A stretch of 64,000 bases of DNA. Origin: Colwellia sp. (GTDB lineage: Bacteria; Pseudomonadota; Gammaproteobacteria; Enterobacterales; Alteromonadaceae). Shown here piece by piece: positions 20,625-30,340 of the stretch. A program made the translations under genes and the position numbers. Below the pieces are notes generated by a model. That model made no database searches and was not told the DNA's origin. It was given only the letters and a program-made list of their open reading frames with translations. The stretch spans positions 39,056-103,055 of the forward strand of contig JBLIEW010000009.1 in the NCBI GenBank assembly GCA_047633255.1, written 5' to 3'. The first letter of the stretch is position 1. Each line of letters starts with the position of its first letter.

Positions 20625-21962
20625 TTGTCAACTAACACCACTCACCCATTAACAGACACATCAACTCTTGATATTTATCTTGTGGGTGGCGCTGTCCGTG
20701 ACAAACTATTAAATCGAACAGTAAAAGATAACGATTATTTAGTTGTTGGCGCGACAGTCGAACAAATGTTGTCGTTAGGTTTTATCCAAGTAGGCAAAGA
20801 TTTCCCTGTTTTTTTACACCCAAAAACCAAACAAGAATACGCGCTAGCTCGCACTGAACGTAAACAAGGCCAAGGCTACACAGGTTTTGATTGTTATGCC
20901 GCACCTGATGTAACGATTGAACAAGATTTGTTACGACGCGACCTTACCGTTAACGCTATAGCAATGAGTGAAAACGGTACACTTATCGATCCCTACCATG
21001 GTCAAAAAGACTTAGAAAATAGAGTTTTGCGCCATGTAAGTAATGCTTTTATTGAAGATCCCTTAAGGGTATTACGTGTCGCCCGATTCGCTGCTCGTTA
21101 TCACAACGAGGGGTTTACCATCGCAGACGAAACAATGGCCTTAATGACACAAATTAGTCTTAGCGGTGAACTGGCTACCTTAAGCGCAGAGCGTGTTTGG
21201 CAAGAAATGCAGCGTGCCCTGTCTGAAGGCAACGATGAAAAAAGTGATGAAGGCGGAGTTGAAGATAACGCCAATGAACAACATCCAGAAATATTCTTTG
21301 AAGTGTTACATCAATGCCAAGCATTGAAAGCACTATGGCCTGAACTTGATATTTTATGGGGAGTTCCTAACCCCGCAGAATGGCATCCTGAAATTTGTAG
21401 TGGTGTTCATACCATGATGGTATTACAACAAGCGGTTTTACTTACCACTAATAATAAAAACAAAACAGCTATTCGCTTTGCCGCTTTATGCCATGACCTT
21501 GGTAAAGGCTTAACCGCAGACGATCTTTTGCCTAGTCATCGCGGACATGAAAAGTCTGGTCTGCCCTTAGTAGAGAAAATTTCAAAACAACTTAGAGTAC
21601 CTAATTACTGCAAACAATTAGCCTTAAAAGTATGTGAGCACCATTTGCATTGTCATAAAGCTTTTCAACTAAAAGCTAGCACCTTGCTACGAATTTTTAA
21701 TCAGTTAGATGTTTGGCGGAAACCTCAAGAGTTTGATGATTTTCTTATCGCTTGTAAAAGTGATTTTCTTGGCCGCCTTGGTTTTGAAAATAAACCTTAC
21801 CCACAAGAGCAATACTTAAAAGACACTGCGCAAGCAGCAACGATGGTCAATGCTAAAGAGTTTGTTGAACAAGGTCTACAAGGAATAGCAATAAAAGAAG
21901 CAATGGAAAAAGCACGCTTACAGGCCATTAAAAAAATAAAACAGCAATATCAAATAGAGTAA
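20625..21962 (+). CDS. cca: Multifunctional CCA tRNA nucleotidyltransferase with HD domain
   Basis: YLVGGAVRD, EYALARTE, DLLRRDLTVNA, EDPLRVLRVARF, LCHDLGKG; likely start TTG 20625 after GAGGG. Confidence 0.95.
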   Translation: MSTNTTHPLTDTSTLDIYLVGGAVRDKLLNRTVKDNDYLVVGATVEQMLSLGFIQVGKDFPVFLHPKTKQEYALARTERKQGQGYTGFDCYAAPDVTIEQDLLRRDLTVNAIAMSENGTLIDPYHGQKDLENRVLRHVSNAFIEDPLRVLRVARFAARYHNEGFTIADETMALMTQISLSGELATLSAERVWQEMQRALSEGNDEKSDEGGVEDNANEQHPEIFFEVLHQCQALKALWPELDILWGVPNPAEWHPEICSGVHTMMVLQQAVLLTTNNKNKTAIRFAALCHDLGKGLTADDLLPSHRGHEKSGLPLVEKISKQLRVPNYCKQLALKVCEHHLHCHKAFQLKASTLLRIFNQLDVWRKPQEFDDFLIACKSDFLGRLGFENKPYPQEQYLKDTAQAATMVNAKEFVEQGLQGIAIKEAMEKARLQAIKKIKQQYQIE

Positions 21963-22047
21963 CCGTTCATCGCCAATGCCAAGATAATCATGACCCTTGA
22001 AATATAAAAGTAATCAATTGAGCACTATATTCACTTTTGCAACCTTT

Positions 22048-22069
22048 CTGACTGTAAAAAACCTGACAC
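22048..22069 (+). repeat. Direct repeat, left copy (CTGACTGTAAAAAACCTGACAC)
   Basis: Near-identical to 24578-24600. Confidence 0.75.
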
Positions 22070-22081
22070 TTAAATATATTT

Positions 22082-22520
22082 ATTTCCGCTTTAGCGCAGC
22101 AAGGGAACATTGGCACTAACATTTATTAATGCCAAGAACTAAACCTGTTGGGATTTTGGTTAATCGTCGCTTTTGCCAATTGCTGACCTAAATCAGTCAT
22201 CAAAATTAGGCTGCTTTATGTTCACTTTGATACGAATATAGCGGACGTTAGCATTTGAGAATTCAAACTGAAAATAGTTGTATGTTTTGATCTACAGCGG
22301 ACATGGCTGAATAAACACATTACGTTAAAAGCTTCCTGATAGCAGTCGTTCAGCATAGATGAACAAAGCTGTTTCTTGTCGATGATTTTGTACCAATACC
22401 TGTTAAGTCTTACTGGGAACAAAGCCACCATTACCGCCAGTCACTTCTGAATTATTAACGGTCACTTAGTGCGCAAAGTTGACGTAACCATTTGAAAAGC
22501 TTAATGTCAGTTTTTAGCGA
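22082..22520. repeat. Stack of about 8 degenerate ~30-bp palindromic sites (consensus about ATGTCNGCT-N8-11-AGCNGACRT)
   Basis: Copies at 22082, 22162, 22218, ~22275-22304, ~22325-22350, 22405, 22457 and 22503; aligned by eye. Confidence 0.6.
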
Positions 22521-22582
22521 TTTTAAATTGTTGGATAGTTTAACCAAACCAATATTTTTGACTAGTTTTAACGGAAAATTGA

Positions 22583-23032
22583 ATGAAACCTTTACAAGGT
22601 AAAGTTGCTCTTGTCACAGGAGCAAGTCGTGGTATAGGAAAAGGGATTGCCCTTAGCTTGGGTGAAGCTGGGGCAACAGTATACATTACAGGAAGAACAG
22701 TCAAGAAAGGTAAATCCGCTTCATGTCTTTCTGGAACAATACATCAAACAGTTGAAGAAGTTCGTAAATTGGGTGGCAAATGTATCGCTATTCAATGTGA
22801 TCACCGTATTGATTCTGAAGTGAAGGCGGTGTTTAGACGAATTAGTGCAGAGAATAATAATCTTAATATTTTGGTTAATAATGTTTGGGCCGGTTACGAA
22901 CATTACACTGATGGTACTGAGTTTTGGAATGAAAAAGAATTTTGGACTTTACCAACTTCACGATGGGATTCTATGTTCCAGTCAGGGCCAACTAGCGGAA
23001 TAATTTGGTTTTTCTTCGTAGGTTTTTTTTAA
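22583..23032 (+). pseudogene. Truncated SDR oxidoreductase (DHRS1-like), N-terminal half only
   Basis: VTGASRGIG, ILVNNVW; homology appears to end at WDSMFQSG (~22987); no YxxxK catalytic motif. Confidence 0.8.
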
Positions 23033-23891
23033 TCTTTACTCGATGTTTTTGAAAAACTTTATCAAGATTCTGTAAACTCCAAAGTATAAAATAATAACTA
23101 ACAATTCTTTTGCGTTTAGTGCTATTTTTCTTTGTAGGATTTCTTTGTAGGTAGCTATAATACCTTTCTAACTCTTTTCGTTTTCGGCTTTGTTTGGCAA
23201 ACTCATCAGTATTGATTTTATCTGAAATAAAGTTTACAACGAGTGCTTTTAAGTAACCTATATGACTAATAGATTCAATTACTTGGTGGCCAACACCATA
23301 GAATTTTAAATAATTTGTTTTACTTGGGTAATTTAATGCGCACTCTTTGTCAGCGGAACAAAAGGGATCGTAAATCAGTGTTATTTCACCATCAAAGCTA
23401 TTGCAATAATTAAAGTCATATTTGGTATCAATTCTTTTAGGTGTTACTTTTGGTGTGATGAGAAGTAACCTGTCTAAATGTAATTGTTCAGCATAATGGG
23501 AAGCGGCATATGCTCCCATGCTCGCTCCATAACCTAAGCGCTCTGGGAAAATTTTTAAATGCCGTGATAATTCTGCAATATGCACTTGGCTTGATTCATT
23601 TAGAAACCAGTGTGCATCTTCAACAGCAGAAAAAGCGATGATATTGATTTGCATTTTCTTAAAAAATTCAAATGCCCAAGCAGATCTGCCTTTTATAACC
23701 TCACTCTGACTAAGTACATAACCCGCAGGAGAAAATGTTATCATGATGGGCTGTTCATAAGAAAAAATATGATACTCGACAAGTAGCTTGTCTAAAGATA
23801 GTCGTGTCGAATTATTAAGAGCTAGCATAATTATTAAGTCTAAATTGACTGTGAGTATAAGTAATATAAACACCCTATCCGATATAATCAA
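22992..23891 (-). CDS. AT-rich alpha/beta-hydrolase-fold hypothetical protein
   Basis: YGASMGAY nucleophile elbow, later IYDP and GVGH; true start uncertain (TTG 23891, ATG 23828 or later). Confidence 0.6.
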   Translation of the reverse strand: MIISDRVFILLILTVNLDLIIMLALNNSTRLSLDKLLVEYHIFSYEQPIMITFSPAGYVLSQSEVIKGRSAWAFEFFKKMQINIIAFSAVEDAHWFLNESSQVHIAELSRHLKIFPERLGYGASMGAYAASHYAEQLHLDRLLLITPKVTPKRIDTKYDFNYCNSFDGEITLIYDPFCSADKECALNYPSKTNYLKFYGVGHQVIESISHIGYLKALVVNFISDKINTDEFAKQSRKRKELERYYSYLQRNPTKKNSTKRKRIVSYYFILWSLQNLDKVFQKHRVKIKKNLRRKTKLFR

Positions 23892-23918
23892 TCCATAATG
23901 TGAACGAAAAAAATCTCC

Positions 23919-24263
23919 TTATAGCGATGACATCAAACCAATAAGCAAAGCCGCATTGTCTGCCATACGTCTAGCACCACAGCTTGGACAAAAACCGCGT
24001 TTCTTGCAGCTAAAAACCACTAGCCGTTCGTGATGACAATGCTCGCATTGCACCCGTAAGAAAACATGTTCAAGGCGACCACATGTTAGAAATGCTTCGA
24101 ATTCCGCCTGTACATAGGACGGCAATGGCGTACCTTGTGCCGCAAGCAGCGATTGAAATTCGTCATAGTGACGTTCAACAAGTTGATAAAGTAGTGTTTG
24201 CTCAGGTTGATGGCGTTGGTATTTGAAGCGTTCACCGTTGCTGGCTGTCCCTGCCTGCTGCAT
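23919..24263 (-). mobile_element. IS91/ISCR-family transposase remnant (N-terminal zinc-binding domain only)
   Basis: YQRHQPEQTLLYQLVE..CGRLE..FLRVQCEHC..FSCKKRGFCPSCGARRMA, typical of ISCR2/ISVsa3-like Tnp; breaks after AALLI, no HUH domain. Confidence 0.88.
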
Positions 24264-24306
24264 TTTAGTTTCTTTTGTTCACATTCCCTAGTGATGCATT
24301 AAGTGT

Positions 24307-24328
24307 AGACTATATTGTGGCATAGTCT
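24307..24328. repeat. 7-bp hairpin upstream of the transposase remnant (candidate terIS)
   Basis: AGACTAT-attgtggc-ATAGTCT; the terIS role is inferred from position only. Confidence 0.45.
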
Positions 24329-24346
24329 CTTCAGCGACTAATAACA

Positions 24347-24502
24347 AATGACTGTAATGAGCTTAAACCTGCCTCACAGACATGCTATATATTTTGGTTA
24401 GTATTTCGCTGTATATCATCATGGTTTTGCTAATGCTTAATCTCAGCTATTGGCTAGTAGCCGAAGTATCAATTAACTCACTCATAGCTTCCGCTAGCGC
24501 AC
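24347..24502. repeat. Second stack of degenerate palindromic sites
   Basis: AATGACTGTA-ATGAGCTTAA-ACCTGCC (24347), AATCTCAGCT-ATTGGCTAGT-AGCCGAAGT (24439), GCTTCCGCTAGCGCAC (24487). Confidence 0.55.
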
Positions 24503-24577
24503 TTTCTTGACAAAAAATAATACACAAACTTTTTTTATTAATTAAGCTAATTATAAGGTCAGTAATATGCCCTTTAG

Positions 24578-24600
24578 CTGACTGTAAAAAATTCTGACAC
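24578..24600 (+). repeat. Direct repeat, right copy (CTGACTGTAAAAAATTCTGACAC)
   Basis: Near-identical to 22048-22069. Confidence 0.75.
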
Positions 24601-24781
24601 GTTGAAAAACTTATGTAATGCGCACAAACTGCTCTAAAACATTATCGAACTCAATAATTTTTGATTAAGCCTCAATCTTATATTTTCAAGTTAAATTTAG
24701 CTCAAGAACCGTGGGTATCACTTGTCTTTCTAGCTGAGATAGCCTCACTAATAATATCTATTCACACTATAGTATTTAAAC

Positions 24782-24819
24782 AATCAGTGACAAACTAAAT
24801 GAATTGATTGTCACTGATT
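24782..24819 (-). terminator. 12-bp inverted repeat downstream of putA
   Basis: AATCAGTGACAA-N14-TTGTCACTGATT, just past the putA stop. Confidence 0.55.
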
Positions 24820-24836
24820 ATAAAGGATATTTTTAC

Positions 24837-27800
24837 CTACCCTTCCTCTTCTTCCACTAGCGTCATTAATGACGTATTTCCACCCGATGCGGTGGTATCA
24901 ATACTAATAGTTTTTTCTGTTAGTAATCGTTGAATTAGCTTGTCAAAGTACTCAGAAGTAATCACAGGTAATATTGCACCATTACGCTGTGATAATTTTT
25001 CACTCATATAATGTTTTCTGTCACAATTACTATCCACCACGACGCCCGCTAAAGCAGGGTCTGCCAACATAGTTTCCAAATGACTTAATTTGGCCACTTG
25101 AAATACGCCTTTATCAGCACCGGTCGATATAAATTTATCTCTAAACGCTAGCGCCTCTTCATAAAATAAATCATAAACAACTGCTATCACGCTATTACCC
25201 GTCGCTAACGCAGTCACTAATGAAATCACCCAAAAATGGAAACTAACTTTTTCATCGGCAAAACAGATTATTACACCTCTGTTTTCCAAATAAATAATAT
25301 TTGATTCACCAGTAGGACCGGGTAAAACTTTAGGCTTTTTAAGGCGCTTTTCAATATTAATTAACTGACCACGAGCCGCCGCTAAAGTACGATTTAAATC
25401 ATCGGCTAAATCATCTACAATTTCCACATGAGCAATTTTTGCTAATAATTGGCGAACACAAGAAATACGCGTATTCAGCTCAGTTACACGCCAAGTTTTT
25501 TCTGCTTTATCTGCCTGATTCATTAACAGTTCAGCTTCTTGCTTAGCGACAATATCGCCGGTTAACGCAATCGCTTGCGAAGGTAAAAAATTAAATTCAT
25601 CTTCATTGGGTGTCGCTTTTTCTTTTACTAAACGTGTTAGGTAATTTGGTCCACCGGCTTTAGGGCCAGTACCCGAAAGTCCTCGGCCACCAAAAGGTTG
25701 CACGCCTACGATAGCGCCTATCATATTACGATTTATGTACACATTACCCGCACGTGAGAGCTTAGCTAATTCTATGGCTCTGTGTTCAATACGCGTATGG
25801 ATACCCATTGTTAAACCAAATCCTGTGCCATTAACTTTTTCAATGACTTGTTCAATTTCATTGCCTTTGAAACGAACAACATGGACGCAAGGGCCAAATA
25901 CTTCTTTAGTTAATACATCAATATCGCTGATTTCGTACAAGCGCGGGGCAAAGAAGAAGTGACCCTCTTGGGCATCACTTTTGTCACCAAATAAAGCACA
26001 CTGATACAATAACTTACCATTTTTTTCCATATAGTCGCTGTGAGCGTTAAGGGCATCAAGCGCTTTTTGATCGATTACAGGGCCAATATCAGTACTTAAT
26101 TTTGACGGATCACCAATATATAACTCAGCTAAGGCACCTTTAAGCATGGTAATGACTGTATCGGCAATATCTTCTTGTAGGAAGAGTACTCTTAATGCTG
26201 AACACCGTTGACCGGCTGATTGAAAGCCCGATGAGATAACATCATCTACTACCTGTTCAGGTAAAGCAGTTGAGTCAACTATCATGCAGTTTTGACCACC
26301 AGTTTCTGCAATAAGTGGTACTTGATCACCACCACGCTCCACTAAGGTTTGTGAAATTCGGGTTCCAGTTTCAGTAGAGCCAGTAAACATTACCGCTGAA
26401 ACGCGCTCATCTGGCACAATAACTTTACCAACAACACTTCCTTGGGCAATAACTGCTTGCACTACATCTTGAGGTAAACCCACTGATTGCATAAGTTCAA
26501 TAGCGCGTAATGCAATTAACCCTGTTTGTTCTGCTGGTTTTGCTATGACCGTATTACCGGTAACAATAGCCGCTGCCACTTGCCCTAAAAATATTGCCAA
26601 CGGGAAATTCCATGGGCTAATACATAACACTACACCGCGGGCTTCTATGCGTTCATCGTCACTTAATTCAATAGCACGCGCAGCATAATATCGACAAAAA
26701 TCAACCGCTTCTCGTACTTCATCAATACCATCTTGCGCAATTTTCCCCGCTTCTTTAATACAAAGAGCAATTAGCTCATTCATATGACGCTCTAAAATAT
26801 CGCCAATACGGCAGAGCAAATCGGCTCGCTCATTCACTGGTGTTTCGGACCATGAAACAAAGGCACTCTCAGCTTTGTCTATCATAATTCGCATATCATC
26901 TTCAGAGTGATGATAATGAAAGCCTATTATTTCACTATGATTAGCGGGATTTTTTACCGCATCGGCGCCCTCAGGCACTTCATTTTTATTAAGTAAATGG
27001 CCAACAAACCAGGTATCTAACGCTGATTTCAATGGTGTAATTTCATTAATATCAGATAAATCTATTCCCTTAGAGTTATCTCTACTTGCTAAGCCATCAC
27101 TACCGTTAAGCTTATTTTCATTACGGTACAGATCAATGGGCATAATAATTTGCCCATTATATTTTTTCTTCAAACGCTGTGTTTTCTCTACCGGATCTTC
27201 AAGTAACGACTCTACCGGTTGCGATTCATCTACAATGGCATTAACAAATGACGAGTTCGCACCGTTTTCTAATAATCGACGTACTAGGTAAGCAAGTAAA
27301 CCTTCATGATGCCCTACAGGCGCGTAAATGCGGCACTGGATACCATTACCAGAAACAATTTGATCATATAATGAATCACCCATTCCATGTAAACACTGAA
27401 ATTCATAACCTTGCTTATCATCACCTGCTAGCTCAACGATCGTGGCAGCGGTATAAGCATTATGAGTAGCGAACTGCGGATAAATACTGTCGCGATAATC
27501 GAGTAGTTTATTAGCGCAAGCATGGTAAGAAACATCCGTTGATGATTTTCGAGTAAATACTGGAAAGTGTGTCATACCGTCTTTCTGAGCATTTTTAATC
27601 TCTGTGTCCCAATAAGCGCCTTTTACTAGACGCACCATCATACGACGGTTAGTTCGCAGCGTTAGTTCTCTAAGCCATTCAACAACAAACATTGCCCGCT
27701 TTTGATACGCTTGCAGTGCCATACCAAAGCCTTGCCAATCGCCTAAATCACTATCTGTAAAGACCGCTTCAATAATATCAAGAGAGATATCTAAGCGTTC

Positions 27801-28694
27801 AGACTCTTCTGCGTCGACGGTTAGGCCAATATTGTATTCCTTAGCTTGCATACATAAGGCTTTTAATTTGGGGACAATTTCGTCCATTACCCGTGACTTA
27901 TTCGTAAATTCATAACGTGGGTGAATAGCCGAGAGCTTTACTGAAATGCCAGGGACTCGACGGGGATCATTTTTACCTGATGCTAGGGCCACCTCACCGA
28001 TAGATTTAATAGCACCTTCGTAGGCTTTAAAGTATTGTTCTGCATCCGCCATATTACGAGCGCCTTCGCCAAGCATGTCATAAGAATATACGTACCCTTG
28101 TTGCTCTTTAGTTGCCGCACGTTTAGTCGCATCCTCAATGGTTTCTCCCATCACAAACTGTTTGCCCATAATTTTCATGGCATAGTTCATCGACTTTCTA
28201 ATAACCGGCTCACCCAGTCGGCCAATAGTTTTTTTCAATAAACCAAATTTATCTTGTTTACGTTTGTCGACATAATCCACCATAGATCCAGTTATCAATA
28301 GCCCCCATGAAGAAGCATTAACAAAGAGAGACTCACTTGAGCCTAAATGTGTACTCCATTGACCTTGAGAGATTTTATCGCGTATTAACGCATCTTGTGT
28401 GTGCTTATCAGGCACACGTAATAAAGCTTCAGCTAAACACATTAATACCACGCCTTCTTCTGAAGACAGTGAATATTCATTTAATAAGGCATCAATAGCA
28501 CCATTGCCTGACTGATCATGACGAATTTGTAGCACTATCCTACGGGCACGATCCCAAGCACGACTTCGAGCACTAACATTTACTTCTGCAAACGGCAGAA
28601 TATGATCCACAGCAATATTTTCATCAATACGATAAAATTCACGAATTTTTTGACGAATTGGGCAATCAGTAATTAACGAGTTAGTAAAAAGCAT
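24837..28694 (-). CDS. putA: Bifunctional proline dehydrogenase / P5C dehydrogenase PutA (no N-terminal RHH)
   Basis: SYDMLGE, ISVKLSA, VRLVKGAYWD, QFATHN, RRLLENGANSSF, ETGGQN, AGQRCSALR. Confidence 0.97.
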   Translation of the reverse strand: MLFTNSLITDCPIRQKIREFYRIDENIAVDHILPFAEVNVSARSRAWDRARRIVLQIRHDQSGNGAIDALLNEYSLSSEEGVVLMCLAEALLRVPDKHTQDALIRDKISQGQWSTHLGSSESLFVNASSWGLLITGSMVDYVDKRKQDKFGLLKKTIGRLGEPVIRKSMNYAMKIMGKQFVMGETIEDATKRAATKEQQGYVYSYDMLGEGARNMADAEQYFKAYEGAIKSIGEVALASGKNDPRRVPGISVKLSAIHPRYEFTNKSRVMDEIVPKLKALCMQAKEYNIGLTVDAEESERLDISLDIIEAVFTDSDLGDWQGFGMALQAYQKRAMFVVEWLRELTLRTNRRMMVRLVKGAYWDTEIKNAQKDGMTHFPVFTRKSSTDVSYHACANKLLDYRDSIYPQFATHNAYTAATIVELAGDDKQGYEFQCLHGMGDSLYDQIVSGNGIQCRIYAPVGHHEGLLAYLVRRLLENGANSSFVNAIVDESQPVESLLEDPVEKTQRLKKKYNGQIIMPIDLYRNENKLNGSDGLASRDNSKGIDLSDINEITPLKSALDTWFVGHLLNKNEVPEGADAVKNPANHSEIIGFHYHHSEDDMRIMIDKAESAFVSWSETPVNERADLLCRIGDILERHMNELIALCIKEAGKIAQDGIDEVREAVDFCRYYAARAIELSDDERIEARGVVLCISPWNFPLAIFLGQVAAAIVTGNTVIAKPAEQTGLIALRAIELMQSVGLPQDVVQAVIAQGSVVGKVIVPDERVSAVMFTGSTETGTRISQTLVERGGDQVPLIAETGGQNCMIVDSTALPEQVVDDVISSGFQSAGQRCSALRVLFLQEDIADTVITMLKGALAELYIGDPSKLSTDIGPVIDQKALDALNAHSDYMEKNGKLLYQCALFGDKSDAQEGHFFFAPRLYEISDIDVLTKEVFGPCVHVVRFKGNEIEQVIEKVNGTGFGLTMGIHTRIEHRAIELAKLSRAGNVYINRNMIGAIVGVQPFGGRGLSGTGPKAGGPNYLTRLVKEKATPNEDEFNFLPSQAIALTGDIVAKQEAELLMNQADKAEKTWRVTELNTRISCVRQLLAKIAHVEIVDDLADDLNRTLAAARGQLINIEKRLKKPKVLPGPTGESNIIYLENRGVIICFADEKVSFHFWVISLVTALATGNSVIAVVYDLFYEEALAFRDKFISTGADKGVFQVAKLSHLETMLADPALAGVVVDSNCDRKHYMSEKLSQRNGAILPVITSEYFDKLIQRLLTEKTISIDTTASGGNTSLMTLVEEEEG

Positions 28695-28840
28695 GGAGAA
28701 TCCTCAAAAGTGCAAACTAAGACTATCTTTAGTTATTATAGTTAGCGTTATTTTAATTAATAAGTTCGGGGGGGATTCTAATGTGAAGACAACAGAATGT
28801 GCTGTTTATTTTTCGATTTTTGCCATATTAAAAATGGAAA

Positions 28841-28882
28841 AACCATAATTAACAATAGAAAAATCTATTATTAGTTATGGTT
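28841..28882 (-). terminator. Imperfect hairpin downstream of murA
   Basis: AACCATAA...TTATGGTT with inner pairing; A-run to the left gives a U-run on the minus strand. Confidence 0.5.
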
Positions 28883-28914
28883 GTACTATTTTCGATAAAT
28901 TGCTGAACAGATAC

Positions 28915-30198
<1,284 letters not shown>

Positions 30199-30259
30199 TT
30201 ACTTCTTACTTATAATAAATGAATAAAATTAATTGACTATCGACCAGTATTGCATGTCT

Positions 30260-30340
30260 TTACCTATTAAACAATTTGTCAGGCTGCCACTGTGCTGTAA
30301 TAAAGGTTATTGCGTTTATTACCAGCACGTATGAATACTG
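30260..30340 (-). pseudogene. Diverged duplicate of the ibaG 3' end
   Basis: Encodes ..ITFITAQWQPDKLFNR* versus ibaG ..KTFTTAQWKRDKLFNQ*; no credible start. Confidence 0.7.

Noticed and set aside
22110-22136. TTGGCA...TGCCAA as a sigma54 promoter
   Set aside because: No GC at -12 on either strand; only a 6-bp inverted repeat.
22222-22431. 69-aa ORF on the minus strand
   Set aside because: Runs across the repeats with no recognisable motif; likely spurious.
22082-22520. CRISPR array
   Set aside because: Repeats are too degenerate, spacing is irregular and no cas genes are present; reported as a palindrome stack instead.
22082-24502. Classical integron attC array
   Set aside because: Sites are about 30 bp, below attC size, lack clear R''-L''-L'-R' boxes, and no intI is in the window.
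24497-24514. Sigma54 promoter paired with the box at 24583
   Set aside because: Minus strand reads GT-N10-GC, lacking the invariant GG, and no gene follows.
24599-24626. dif-like site
   Set aside because: XerC half matches 9/11 (TAATGCGCACA) but the XerD half only about 5/11.
24837-28694. PutA lacking the RHH repressor domain as a novelty
   Set aside because: Bifunctional PutA without RHH is a well-known class.
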